Assembly: GCA_037447605.1 (NCBI GenBank)
Contig: CM074804.1
Coordinates: 4,379,909-4,443,908 of the forward strand
Origin: Zygnema circumcarinatum SAG 698-1b
Lineage: Eukaryota > Plantae > Zygnematophyceae
Reading direction: 5' to 3'
Length of the DNA: 64,000 nt
This document shows, piece after piece, positions 50,001-63,564 of the stretch. The translations under genes were made by a program, and so were the position numbers. A model generated the notes under the pieces. The model made no database searches. It was not told the DNA's origin and was given only the letters and a program-made list of their open reading frames with translations. Position 1 is the first letter of the stretch. Every line of letters begins with the position of its first letter.

Positions 50001-52495
50001 GGTTTCCCACCAGTTTTGTTAAGTATCCGGTGGGTGCCACTCTCACATACTCCACCCCCTCCCCTCCTCCCCCTTCATTGAGCGCGATACGTCTTACTTT
50101 GGGATGAGCTCCGTTGCGATACTTCATAGTACACTTCCTAAACAGAAGGTAGAGATTATAGAGATCATGGCAAATCTTCATCCACTGCATGCACATTAGA
50201 AGGGGCTCACGAAGATACTACACTCGAACTCGTAAAAGGTGTGGGAATGCAGCTTTTTGTGGCCTGTGACGTGCATACAAACTATGTCGACTGTGTCCGC
50301 TGGAATGGAAACTTCATCTTCTCAAAGGTAAGGCACTGCATAGAATTCTTTGGGACTGTACCTGGCATTTCCTTTTTTGGCACTGTTCAACGGCTGCTTT
50401 ATTGGCTCTCGTGATAATCTTAATGAAGGTTTCTTCGAGGAAAGGCTGATCCAAGCGAGGGTAACAAATTGCAACAACCTTTGATTCGTATGGGGGACTC
50501 AGAGTGTTGATAATGAGGTTAAACTGTGGAAGTGGACTCTCAAGCTGGAAGAAGGCCCTGCTGAGGTCAGCCATTTCTGCTCTACCGCAGATGAACTAGA
50601 AGCGAAAAACTGTTGCCCCTTCCTCTTCTTTCTCACTTTTTCTCTCAGTTTGTCTCTTTCCCTGCCACTTCCTTTCTGTCTCTCTCTCTCAATCATTGTC
50701 TCCTTTTGGTTGTAGATGATTTTTTGACAGATGAACAGATGGACAGATTGTTCTACTTACAATTCTATTGGATGCTGAAGTATCTTCTGGTCTTTGGGAT
50801 TTTTCTCGCATTGCGCATTATGAATGGGTTTCTGCCTAAACGTAATGACACATAGCCTGAAAAGCATATTCCGTGTGGGAGACTGCAGGGGACAGTAGAA
50901 GTTCTTCAGAAATTTCCGGTTCCGGAATGTGATATTTGGTTCATCAGGTTCTCCCTCAACTTCAGTGGAAGTACACTCGCCATAGGTAAATTCTCTCTTC
51001 CCTTCCCAGGATCAGAAGTATGTGTAGAACAGTCCTCAATGTGAATGGTCTACTTGGAAAAATCGTGATCATGGTGGAGTGTAATAGGTAGCTCTGTTTT
51101 CCTTTTGTCTAATTTCATTACAAGCTACTCCCTCTTCATTACTGTGGGAACAGAATGAGTTGATGTACATAGAGCCTAGATGACGAACCATTTTGTTTTG
51201 TATCGTCGTTTCATGATTGTAATTCAGTTCCTCGTCCTGAGTTGAGCTGATGTGTTTCGGCATTTTGGACCTCCTTGGCTCTGAAAGAATGTTCAAAACT
51301 AATGCGAGAGGGGTTCAGCGAAGCAGGGAATCGGGAGGGCAAGGTGTTCGTCTACGATGTAGGAAGCTCACCAGTCCAACCTCCTGCAAAGTACGCATCA
51401 ATTTTCGCCACATTTTCTGGAAAACAATTAGTCCAAAGAAAAGTTAATTTCCTGAAGATAACCTTGCCTGGAGTAGCTAGATGGTTGCGCCACGCTAGAA
51501 ACTTCTACTAGACTGTGGATGACTTGAAGGGTGTTGGATGACAAGTAACAATGCATGAGTACTAAAAAAAAGGAATTACTGGGTATAAAGTCTTTAATTG
51601 CATTCGTGTTGACGTGTTAGAGAATGCTTTTTTTTCCTGATTTTTTTCTCCCTTCAAGTTTAGATCTGAAAGTTGAAGTGATGAAAACTGAAGGCAATGT
51701 ACTGATTGAGTGTGCACCATACCCTCCTTGACCTGTGCAGACTTGCTCACCAGAAGTGTAAGGGCGTTGTTCGGCAAACCGCGATTTCGTATGATGGCAG
51801 GTGATGCACACTTTCAGAGAGCATGCTGTGTGGGCACGTCAAAGCTCACACGTCACGCCCTCACTTCATGCGTGAGGTCTTGCCTGGGCGAGAGTCTGGC
51901 ATGGCATGTTTAAGTGGAAGCGCTTGCAATCCCACCTCCCTCTTTTCTCAACACTCTCCCTTTTACGCGCTCCTCGTCCTTTATTCTATTCCCTCCACGC
52001 CCTCTCTCCTTCCTCCTCACTACGTCCTTATCCTCTGTCATCCCTTCCACTTCCGTTACTCCCGCGTCCTCCCTCCTCTCTCGTCCCTTTGCGCCTTCTC
52101 CGTTACGTCCCCCACTGCCCCTCAACCCGCACACTGTCATTCCCTCTCGGCCTCCTCTCTTCGCACCGCATCCTTTCCCCATCTCTTCATCCTCCCGCCT
52201 CCATCCCTCTCCCATTTAGGCCCACCCTCCTTCATTTCTCTCCCCTTCACACCCTTACTCATCTTGCCTCCATCCTCACTCTCGTGCACATCCCTCCACT
52301 CCCTCTTTCCCACCTAACAGCAAAACAACTCCGTAAGCGTATCACTGGAACATGTACTGATTTCTTTTTCCTTCGCCTATCTGGTGTCGTACTGAATCAT
52401 TCTTGTTTCGTTATGTCTACAGCATCTTATGTTGTTGTGAAGACGGCCAGATATGGCGCTGGGATGCACAAAGCGGGCCAACTGAAGGAACCTGA
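47075..52495 (+). CDS. FIE: Polycomb PRC2 WD40 subunit FIE/EED; about 13 exons
   Basis: ETFYTVSW, GHGSSVNELR, SASKDESVRLWN, GHRNEVLSVDFHP, SCGMDATVRIW, HTNYVDCVRW, CDIWFIRF, GNREGKVFVYD and CCEDGQIWRWD. Confidence 0.94.
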
Positions 52496-54072
52496 TGATA
52501 AAAGTTTTGTCAAGAACATTGAAACCCTTTCCATGTATCTAGTAGCTCTCCTAGATGCTTCCGAGCATTCCAACGGAACTGTAAGCTGGTTTGTGTAAAA
52601 AGATGTGTCGGGTTGCGTTCCCATTGTGTAAACAGGGTTTATGTAATTGCATTCCCGTTGGAGATATTTTTTGCCCCCGACTTAGGGGGGCTTGCCGTAG
52701 GAGTGCAAACCCGAAAAACCCTCATGCACCACGATTGTTGTGATCGAATGACAGAAAAACAAAAGTAACCCTCCATCAAAAACATGTTGTTGTGCAAACT
52801 GAACGCTTTTGTCAGAGAACAGTTCAACATATCCAGAAAAGGACGAATTCGAAAGGCTAAAAACAATTAATTAGTTTCGCCGCCAGACATTTAAGTTGCC
52901 TCTAAGGTGCAGCAGAACCTCAAAAGCCTCAGAGCGTGAAGACGCTGACACATCATGACAGCATGCCGGCGTTTATCAATGTTCAGTGTTCTGAATTTGC
53001 AGCTAATTTGCTTTAGGCCTCTTTGAAAGAGCTGGACATCTTATTGATCCCCTCCAGACGGGTCGTCGCACGTCACCATGCACTTACCCGGATATACCAA
53101 TGAGCAGGCTGTTCCTGTATTCGCTGCAATTGGAACTCTGCACGATGCCTTCAGCAAACTTGGCACACACCCGGCTCATTGAACTGTGCGACATCGCATG
53201 TCGCACTATGGGCCGTTCTCCCCCATCCCTCCCCCTCTCTCTCTATCAGGCAGGCAGGCAGTACCGGTAAGGGAAGAACTCTACGGTACAAGGGCTCGTT
53301 TGGGAAATAGGCCATATCACTATCTAGGAGCTCTTTATGACACTTAAACTGGCATCAATAAAACAAGGAGTTGATGGTGAGGTCTGTCTATACTCCTACA
53401 TTTCCAGGTGAGCGGCGAGAAGGATATGGTTCCCATTGTGTCCTTTACATGTTAGAAAATCCAAAAATTAGTTGAATGTTGACTAGACAGAATTGTATTG
53501 GTTGAATGTTGACTAGACAAAATTGCTTTGTCAAAACAAAATCATTTGACAAAAAAATCCTCTTTCGATCATTCCTCTCCCCTCTCCCGTCCCCTTCCCC
53601 TCCTCCATAACTCTCCTCCCCCGTCCTTTCACTTCTCCCTACTCCCCTCCCCGCCCTTGTTCACTGCTCTTTTATCTCTTCTCTTCTCTGCTCCCGGGTT
53701 TTCTACCTTTGCTTCTCTGCCCAAATGCATTTTGACGATTCAGCACAACGAGACACCACAACTGCCAGTGACCAGAACCAGCGCGCACGGCATTATTGAT
53801 GGCCGTTCAGCACCTGTATGTACAGTGTGCACAGGGCTCTTTCACATGTCCGACCAAGACAATCAATACATATCAAAAGGGGGCCTATCTTTTTCTTTCC
53901 GGATCTCAGGTGATAACGAGAACTGCGCGTTGATCTCCACTAAACTCCATTGCTAGTTAACTAGAATGCATCGAACCCGAAATCCTGAACCTAAAGGCGA
54001 AACCCTAAACCTTATTAAAAGCTAACCACTCACTTGCTCCCACTCTCCCTCCACGCCCACAAAACCTCCCCA

Positions 54073-55011
54073 TCACCTCTTGATATTCAAAAGCTCCTTT
54101 GCTTCCTTCTCTTCCGCGACCAACGCTTCACTCGCATACTTACTAAGGAGCTCTTGCTTCTTCTTCTTCAACACCATAGCCTCAATCTCCTTCTCGTCAG
54201 GCAACGGCACGTGTGCCACAAACTCCCGAATTCCACTACCATCCTCTCGTCTCCCTTCCCCGCTCTCTCCGCCCTTCCTCTCCGAGTCCTCTTGTCCCAC
54301 ATCGTCCTCCATTTCGTCATGAAATATCGCTGCCGCCGTCTCCGCAGCCGCGGCTTCCCCACTCTTCACACTCCGCTTCGCCTCCGCCTTAATGGCTTGA
54401 AGCCTCTTCCACTCCCTCACCTCCTTCTCTCTAGCCACCTTCTCCGCCTGCTTCTCTAACCTCTCCAAAACCCCGTCTTCGTCATCTCTATAACCGTAGT
54501 AATCCGCATCAATTCGTTTATACATTTCGTACCGATTCCGCTTCTTTTTCGGAGGAAGAGGCACCTCAAAGAGTTCCTTCACTCCAGGAAGCTGCTTAGC
54601 TGCTCCAAAATATCTGTATCCTAATCCTTTCCCGGTGGCAGCTGCCGCCACATCATCACTTGCTGCATCTTTTCCAGCCACTTCCCCCCCTATTTGCGGG
54701 CCTGATTTCAGATAATTTGGGCCTCCCAACTCCACTATTCTCACCTCCCAGTGCCCCTTTTCTCGGATAAGCTTGTTAATTTCATCGTTAAGGTCCCTGA
54801 GGCGGTGCTCTCCCAGCCCCGGATTCTGAATCTCCATCACCTTTCTTCCAATTTCTCGGAGAATCTGCTGTCGCCACTTGTCAGCTTCTGCGAGATCACG
54901 GCATTCTGAAGCAATGAAGGGCCTCCGCTCCTTCGGTTTCTTCTCCTCATCTCGCTTCGCCGCAAGGAAGCGGCTCAGCATAGAATTCGCCTTCTCCTCA
55001 TTGCGGGCCAT
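54073..55011 (-). CDS. ISY1: Pre-mRNA splicing factor ISY1 (intronless)
   Basis: MARNEEKANSML, ERRPFIASEC, LGEHRLRDLNDEINKLIREKGHWE, YRYFGAAKQLPGVKELF and YYGYRDDEDG. Confidence 0.97.
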   Translation of the reverse strand: MARNEEKANSMLSRFLAAKRDEEKKPKERRPFIASECRDLAEADKWRQQILREIGRKVMEIQNPGLGEHRLRDLNDEINKLIREKGHWEVRIVELGGPNYLKSGPQIGGEVAGKDAASDDVAAAATGKGLGYRYFGAAKQLPGVKELFEVPLPPKKKRNRYEMYKRIDADYYGYRDDEDGVLERLEKQAEKVAREKEVREWKRLQAIKAEAKRSVKSGEAAAAETAAAIFHDEMEDDVGQEDSERKGGESGEGRREDGSGIREFVAHVPLPDEKEIEAMVLKKKKQELLSKYASEALVAEEKEAKELLNIKR

Positions 55012-55895
55012 GGCTCTCCCTCTGCCTCTCCCTCCTCCTCTGCCCTTTTTACCTTCTCCTTCGTCCTCTGTTTTTTTCTCTTTCTCTCTCTGTCTCCACC
55101 CTCTCAAACTCTCAGCCTCCTCGCCCTCACCCTATTCTCCTCTGTCCTCCCCTCCTCCCCTCCTCCCCTCCTCCCCTCCGCCCTCCCTCCTGCTAGAAGG
55201 CAAACCCTAACACCTGCAAAAACCGAATGTTGGACGGAGACGGAGATAGAGACGGAGAGGGCTGACCGTGCCGTACCGTGTTCGTACGTTTCGTACATAA
55301 TGTATTTTCCAGTTTATGTTGACCTTCACATTCCATGTTACAAATAGACGACGTCATATAACCAAACACGGAGGCCATCACCAGTTAGTCGAAGCGCCAA
55401 CAATTCTCGGCTTACAATTAGTCAGAACCTGACTAATTCATATATGGTAAATTCTCAATTTCAAAATTAAATATTCATGTCATCGCGCGCGCTGGTTTGG
55501 TCCGCTCGTTCTTCTTCACCTTTTTCCTTTTTGAAAAAAATAAAAAATCAAAATATAAACCTTTCACCGTACAAATTGAGAGAAGCCATCCGTACGGATG
55601 CTACTGTACAGTACAGTACTGTACTGTACTGTAATTCATCGCTGTACGCCGTCCGTACGGTCATGACAATACATGCGTACGGCGGAACGGTCGGCCCGGG
55701 CGGCTTTCTTGCCGCGCTCCTCCCTCTCCCTCCCTCGCTCTCGACTCTTCCCCCCTCCCTCTCCCTCTCTCCCTCACTCCCTCCTCCCCCGCCGTGGAAG
55801 GGCGAGGGAGGGAGCGCGCAGGGGCAGGGAGGGCTCCGGCCGAGGGTGAAGTTCCCACGGCTGTCCTGGAGCCTGCTGCTGTCGCGAGCGCGGCC

Positions 55896-58800
55896 ATGGA
55901 GGAGGAGGAGGAGGAGGGAGGCGGCAGAAGTGGCGATCATGTTGGCGTTGGAGAGGAGACACGTGTCAACATTTCGGAAGTTCCTGTGAAAGACCTGCCT
56001 CTGTTGACGCTTCGCTTGGAGGCGACTCCATCACCTTCTCGCCACAGTATGGCAAAAGCACACGTGCATTTAGTAGAGGGAAAGGAAGTTAAACACTCAT
56101 TTCAATCTTGCATTTTTATTTTTTAAATCATTATTGCAATACTTCAAATTTTTATCGTGGAATTTTTTTTTTCGTAGCAAATATGGGCCTTCTTTAAATG
56201 TATCATCACTACATATTGCTCGGAGCTTCTTATGTCACTGTTCGAATTGGGCTGCTTGAATTCATGCCTGATTCATGAATTTGAAAGACGGATGAAGCTT
56301 AATGCTGGCATTGATTGCTCTCTCTCTCTCTCTCTCTCTCGCTCTCGCTCCCTCTCTCTCTCCCACTCCCACCTCCCCCCTCCCTGCTGAAGGTGAGGAA
56401 AATGAGAGGGAGGTCTACCTGAGCTGCTCTTCGGAGGATGACGACTTTATGAGCGCCAGAGCAGGTGGGGTACCGTTGGTAACACGGCACCTTTATGTCT
56501 TTGAAATGATGTCTCCCTCTCTCTCGCGCTCTCGCTTCCCCCCTAGCACAGTGGATTATGGCAGCGACGCCATCAACCTCTATGTCAAGAAAATTGCGCT
56601 TCTGACTGAAATAGTTGCTTCCAGGTTCCATGTCGTCTTTTCCAAAACAGTCTGCTATTAGCAGTTCCACAGTTTGTGGTTTTACCACTATTTTCCCACC
56701 AGTGTTGGAATTTTGTTTGATCGCCACTTCTTTACTTTCAGTTACATAGTGCGATTTTTTATTTTTTAAACGACTTCCGCTAATTCTTCAGTGTCTTAAT
56801 ATGGGTTCAATCGACATTTTCCAAATTCTAATGTTTACTGATCTCAATTGTTTTGCATGACGCATAGACACTTTATCCCAGCGGAGCGTCTCCAGTTACC
56901 GCTCAAGCCCCTACAGTGGAGACGTTTTCTCCTTCAAAGAGTCGCCTACTTGGGCTGGAAAAGGGAGGGAGGTAGAGGGGGATAGGGAGGCCCTGGTTGA
57001 GGGTTGGCGAAAGAAGGGAGAGGAGAGACGAGGAAGGAAAGTTGAAAGGGAGGGAGAGCCGGGAGAAGCTAGCAGCTCTAATGGGATGCTGGAATGGAAA
57101 GCATTTTCTGGTGGAGATAAAGTGTTCCCAGCGTCCAATGGAGACCAAGGAGGGAAGGCGAGCCATGAAGTTTTGAAGGGGCAGGATGGGGAGAGAGGAG
57201 AAGGCTGGAAGGATGGGCTAGAGGGAGGAGAAAAGGGTGAGGGGGAGAGACAGAATGAACATCAGAAGGTTAAGGAAAGGAGAGTGAAGGGGAGCTGGAA
57301 GAACGCTAGCCATCATCTTCTCCATGCAGCAAAGCTCTTCAACAGGAAAGAGAAGGAAAAAGAGGGAGAGGAAAAGAGAGGGATAGGGAAAGGGAGGGAA
57401 GGCGGGCTGAAAGAGAAGGTGGTGAGAGTGAGGGAGAGGCCGAAGGAGAAGGTGCAAGCGAAAGGAGTCAAAGTGTTGGGAGAGGATGACGTCCCAAGCG
57501 ATGACACCGTTGTTGAACGGAATCTGGCCACAAAGAACCGATACTGGAAGCCGTGGCACGTGTTACAGAAACGAAAGGGCGTTTCAGAGAATGGAATGGA
57601 AGACATGGAGCATAATCCTTCGGAGAATGGAGGAAGAGATGAAGGTAGGATTAGATATGTCTGCAGGAGATTTCTATGCTGTTGAATTTTGGAAGTTCGA
57701 GTGTTAGAGGTATTTGGGCATCATCGGAGCCGTTTTCTGTGCTTGGTTATAAAAATAGGTTTTCCTGTGTAGTTTTTGTTTATTCATGCATAACGCTTTC
57801 GATATGAGGAATATAAAGCATTGTGAAACTGTAATGCAATGTAGAAGCAGATTTTCAGAGGGTCTCAGGCTTTGTTGAATTGTTGAGATCTGTGAAGGTT
57901 CTCCACGGGATGCTGCAGGAACTGGAGATCCGAAAGGTACTCTTTCCAGGGTCCATCTCCCTCTAACTGAGATAAAGGAAGTGGGACATCCCCATTTAGT
58001 GGGTGAAAGAAGTCCTCAAGATGATACCATTCAGCCTCCAAAGGACGACGCAGCTGAGATTGTACCCTTAAGGCGTGAACTCCCAAGCACTGATCGGCCG
58101 AATGAGAAAGGTCCTACGGACGGATCTATTAATCGCGAATTCGACCTGGATACGGGTTTTAAGAGTGACGGTGAACTGGAGGTTTCCATGTCGGAGTCCA
58201 AAGGAAGCTTGTGTTGGCCGGGACGGAATTCTTCACGGCGATCTATTGAGTTTGGGAGGGCGATTTCCTCTAAGGAGGAGGAAGAAGAGAGAGTCTCTAG
58301 GAGGCGGTCTAAGCGGCTTCTCTCTTCGAAGCGTCTACTATCACTATCTTGGAAGAGCGAGAAATCCTCCAAATCCAGTGGGAGAAGCGAGGGAGAGAGT
58401 TCCCGTGCGGATAAAGGTGCATGAGACAGACAGAAACTCGTCTACTTGTAAATTGGGGGTTTGCTTTAAAGGGCTATTTCGCATATAATATTGATTTTCT
58501 GCACTTGGCTTTGGGGTTTGAGAAGGCAAGAGTTGAAAGTATGGGTGTGCTAGGTAAGAATGAGTGGAAGTTAGATAGGCTGTGGGGGAGGTGAAGTACA
58601 AGCCGAGAAGCGAGTTATGTGTATCTGTTAATACAAAACAATAAGTGTCTACAGTTATGGAAGACAGAACGGACTTCTTAAACTGATGGATGTTGTGGTG
58701 GATTCTAGGTAAAGCAATGTCTTATTTATGATTTTATGTGTTTTACAAAGTTCTCTCACCCCTTTCTCTTGTCCCATCTCTCTCATCCATGCACTCTTCC

Positions 58801-61800
58801 TTCCTCACTCTCTCCAACCCTATCCCCCTCCCATGCCTTCCCTCCCTAAGGAGACTCAATTGTAGCGATCAACAGCTAACTCCATCAATGCAGTTATACG
58901 GGAAGAACTACAATAGCATAGACTAGTGAAGTGTATATTCCCCAAATACTCTTATATTCCTTCCCTCTTCGTCACTCTGAAAACGTTTCCAAAAGCCATT
59001 CGCTGGCTATTTCGCTGTGTCGCTGGCCACAGCACTGTAATATTTCATGCGATCGCTTCATCAGCATTCCGTTTGACTGAGCCCTGTTTCGATACAACAT
59101 GGAACCTTTTTCCCAAATGTCGCTTCTATGCAGCTCCCTCGAGGAGGCAGCTTCTCCTCAGGCCGCCAGCTGGCACGCAGAGGCCCTGCTGCTCCCCTGA
59201 ACATCCTGTGGAGAATTCGTGGGCTGCCTGCAACCCTGCAGGGATTCGTGTGAGAGGGAGGAACTACCTCTTGTGAGTGGGAGGAGGGGAAGAGGAAGGA
59301 GGGTGGAGGGAGGGGGAAGTGGGGCGTGTGAGTGGGAGAAGGAGAAAGAGGAGAGGGAGGGAGGGAGGGGTGGGGGTGAGGAGGGGGTCGGTGGGAGGAA
59401 GGACAGTAGGGGGGAGTCGGGTGAGTGGCAAGAAGGGGAGAAGGCGGGGGGATGTGGAAAGGGGAGGTCCTGTGAGTGGGAGAAGGAGAGAGGGGAGAGG
59501 GGGGGAGGGGCGGCGGGGGTGAGGGTGGGGTCGGTGGAAGGAAGTACATTAGAGGGTAACCGAGCAAGTGAAAGGAGGACGAGAGGGGAGAGGGAAGGGA
59601 GGAAGGGGGAGGAGGGAGGAAGTATGAGTGAGAGGAGAGAAAGCGGGAAAGACCGGAGATTGGTGTAATGGGGCAAGAGTGGGGAGTTGGGGTCGTGTGA
59701 GTGAGTGAATGGAGAGAGGGGGGGCTAGATAGGGAAAGGGGGGGGTCGTGTGAGCTGGAGGAGGGGGAGAGAGGGGGGGCACGTGGAGAGAGGGAAAAGA
59801 GAGAATGGTGGAAAATGATGGTGCGGGGAGTAAAGGATGAGTTTTTATCTAAAGCATAAAGTATACATTGATCCGTTTTCCTTTCTTTTTCCAGCCTAGT
59901 ATCCTTATGCTGCTTCTTTCCCTGGTCTGCTGCGGGTTTTCTTGGGGTGTAGAGATAATGTTAAGGTCCATTCTGAGAGCTATTCGGTATACGAGCCCTT
60001 CGGATTTGACGTATTTTTTCAGCCGAAGAAAGTTCATCATCTTGCTCAGCATGTAACTCTGCCGCTCCAACATGAGCGTCGACGAGAGGATGGCATCCCG
60101 CAAATGCTTGTTGTCAATGTGCAGGTTAGTTTCCTGCAAACCGTAAAAACCTTCAAAAATAATTTACAAACAACAAACTACAAACCAAACGTGCTGAAAA
60201 AAGTTTACAGAAAAACCTTGCTCACAGACCTCCCCTCCTTCAAGCTTCCTGCTTTCGCTTGATCCAGCATAAACCCTTAAACTTTCCGAAATTGCAGAAA
60301 AAGGTAGAGCCATAAAGTTCATATAGATCTTGCATCCTTTACACTTTTTTATTTTTCTGCTTTGACCTCTGACGACAATGAATGCGCACTATTGCATATA
60401 CTATACTATATACTATTACTATTTTTGCTGCACTATTGTTGGGTGTCAGATTCCGCTCTATGCTCCGACTTTCCGCACAACAGTCGGTTCAGATGGAGAA
60501 GGTCTCAGCCTTGTGTTTTATTTCAAGCTCGGAGAACGTTTTCAGCAAGAGGCCCCTCCCTATGCGAGAGAGCTCGTTCGTGTGAGTAGTACTACGGCTA
60601 CGGAAATAATTCAACTCGTAACCCTAAATTTTTATAAACTTAAAATATTTAAAAGTTCAAATGTAGACCTTAAGAGTCCAAATCTAAGTCTCAGGGCATT
60701 CTCCATTGCGGGGAGTGGAGTTGAGTTCAACTCGATTTGGCGTTTTTGAGCTCTCCGTTGAACTCAGGTGTTCCTATGTGGCGCCTACGTGGCGATCGGT
60801 CAAGAGAGTCAAGTTCAGTCCACCTCTTGACCCTGTTGTGCACAACTCTTGGAGGAGAACGAATGAACGACTGCGAACGTGGTGACAAATTTGCGAGAGT
60901 CAACGACAAGACCAGCGCTTATTTCCATCTTGCGAGGGAATAATATGCACGTGGCGACTTCGTATTGGGTAACTCAAATTGTCAATGGAGAGGCTCGAAG
61001 CAAGGAGGTCGAGTTAAGAAAGAGTTGAATTCAATTCGACTCGCCCGTAATGGAGAATGGCCCTTAAAATTTTCGAAAGATATGCTTAAAATTCAAGTAG
61101 TTAGCTTTGAGCTTCAAAGAAGGTCATGCCGAAATCTCCGTAATTCACGACTAAACTTGAATCAATTAAAACTACCTTGAAAAGCAGCTCTAGCATTTAG
61201 AAAGAATTTAGAGTTGAACTCCGTGATAGCCCCACTAATAGATTTGTTTGACCAAAGCCAGATCAACCCTAAAGCTTCAAAACCACAAAAACCCGAATTT
61301 GACCAAACCCGAAAGCACGCCAATTTCTAGTCCAAGAACCCGAACATAGGAAAATCCCACTTTCACTTGAAATTGTGAAATCTGAGAAGGTTCCCGCCTT
61401 GAGACAACTCTTTCAGTCCTTTTTGTGTGCTTCAGAAATTCATGGCGGACGAGAAGGAGGGAGTGAAACGGAGGTGGGGAGCAGTGGGTTCCGTTTCCGT
61501 TAGAAATCGGTTGAAACTGATTGTGCAGCTCATAGATTGGGGGGAGGGTTTTGGGCCGAGTGAGAAGCGTTTCCTTGAAGGCTGGAATGGAAAGCCTGTC
61601 CTCACAACTCCCGAAGAATATTTCTATGAGGTAAGAACATGAAGTTATTCTAAAAGCAAATGATGTGTAATTGATGGAAGTTCCCCGTGTCCTGTTCTAC
61701 ACCACAGAAAAGCTCCCCTTCTATTCTATTTTGCTGTATTTAAGTCTCGTACTGGAAAGAATTTAGACTTTTTCTCGCACATTTTTCTCCTCTCAAAGGA

Positions 61801-62416
61801 GCTGAGGTGACGCACCTTGGATTTTCTTGCACCTTGTGTCCTGAGGGAGTGGTCTTCTTTGCTGAAGGGAGAGTTGATCTGGGAGGCGCACAGGGATCCA
61901 ATTATTTGGAGGTGGATCTTGACATCCACCGCTACGGGTTGATCTGCCGCAGCGCTCTGTACGCCTTCAAGGAGCGCTTCAAGCACTGCAGCTATGACAT
62001 GGCTCTCGTCATACAGGTCAGCGCTTGGGGAAAATAACAATGGGAAATGAGGAGAGAGAGAGAGAGAGAGCAGAAAGCAGACAGCAGAGAGAGCAGAAAG
62101 TGCAGTGTGAGAGAGAGAGACAGACAGAGAGACAGAGAGTGAGAGAACGGATTTTTGGGATTCTAAAAAGTCTTAAGTTGTTAAGGTGCTTGTTTGTTCG
62201 TGAGAAATCCTGCACAGGTCGGACCCATCGCAACCTTCTCCCTCTCTCTCCCACTCTCTCTCGGCCTCTCTCTCCCCTCCCCGTCCCTCCCTCCCTTGTT
62301 TTGTGTGAAATGGACTACAGGGCAATTCTCCCGAGGAGCTCCCTGAGTTCGTGCTCGCATGCGCCCGTGTCTGCCAGCTGGACTTCAGTGGTGCTGCCAC
62401 GTTGGCAACAGAGTAG
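55896..62416 (+). CDS. DUF1336 (EDR2 C-terminal-like) domain protein with a long low-complexity N-terminus
   Basis: RPPAGTQRPCC...SWAACNPAGIRVRGRNYL, YEPFGFDVF, PQMLVVNVQIPLY, DGEGLSLVFYFKL, RLKLI...NGKPVL, NYLEVDLDIH and GNSPEELPEFVLAC; stop at 62414-62416. The 5' exons and start are less certain. Confidence 0.85.
60694..61063. mobile_element. Tourist/PIF-Harbinger-like MITE, about 370 bp, in a DUF1336 intron
   Basis: Imperfect TIR of about 42 bp: GGGCATTCTCCATTGCGGGGAGTGGAGTTGAGTTCAACTC versus reverse complement GGGCCATTCTCCATTACGGGCGAGTCGAATTGAATTCAACTC. Flanks TCA / TTA resemble a TWA TSD. Confidence 0.75.
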
Positions 62417-63564
62417 GGCTGTCTGTTGGGTTTGGGGATTGTAAAGTAGTGAGGAACCATGTATGGTGTATGTATGTATGCTATGTATTTAAGGTGAATG
62501 TGCAGAATATATTTTCAAAGAGGGGATAGGCAGCCTTTTGGCAGGGGATGCTTGGAAAGTGGAGTAGGGAAGATTTTAGGATTCGCTCACACCTCTTGCA
62601 TTTGCATGTGGTAAATAATATTTGCGGCCACTTTTCACGTATGAAGTTCAGCTAGCAATCGCAGACTCCTCTTGTAAACTGGCGGATTTGCATGTGTTTC
62701 CTTTCAGAGTCGAGTGGTTTATGCTGATTCACAAAAGGTTCGCTGGTAACCTGTACCTAGTCAAGCTATTAATGACACCAGGGCAGTAATCGGCAAATGA
62801 TTGTACTCGCAGATAGTGCAATAATATTTACATATACAACACTGATATTGCTGACATGCTGAAATAGTAACGTCAATGTAAATTATTGTCGTAAAACCCA
62901 CAATGCCACTGCGAAATTTCGAGTCGCACAAGCTGGCGTAAGCCCGTGCCGTACAGCCCTCAGCGCGTGCGCAGGCCACGGATCGGAGCGGCCTTCAACG
63001 CGCCGTGACAGGCCGTCACGCATTCACATGTCCAGATTCCGACGACTGCTAGAACTGTTTACTGCGTCTCCATGCGCAATCGCCAGAACTGCGCGCACAG
63101 AACTTGTCGTTCCGCGCGACGGCGCATGGAACGCGGCGCGCTGCATGGCCCGGCGCGACCCGCCGCGAGCGAGCGCAGAGAGAGAAAAGGAGAGAGCGGG
63201 AGAGGGCGCATGCGCTCGCGCGGGGAGCTGCCACGTCGCGGGCGAGCGCAGGGGTGCACGACATCCGGCCGATATAGCGCGGGCGGCGGGGGCCGTTAGA
63301 GCGTCGGAAGGGACGCCCGAGGTGCGTGCTGCTGTTGCTACGTGGCGTAGGCAGCAGGACGTCAGCCATGGCTGGCTGAGTGGGGTAGCAGTAGCAGGAG
63401 GTAGCGCAGAATTCCCTCCCTCCCTCCCTTCCTGCCTCCCCCGCCATCGCCTTCTCCAGCAGGAGGCAGCAGGTGGTACTTGTCGTGTGCATATGCTGTC
63501 TCGAGTCCTTATTGCGCGCGTAGGTCAGTTTCGGGTTCCGTAGAGCAGCGCAGAGCAGGGCAGC

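Noticed and set aside
53040-53956. Short ORFs, a 21-bp hairpin (53186-53206), a 30-bp-period duplication (53471-53525) and a U1-like CACTTACC
   Set aside because: No in-frame exon join and no further U1 similarity; small repeats are common here.
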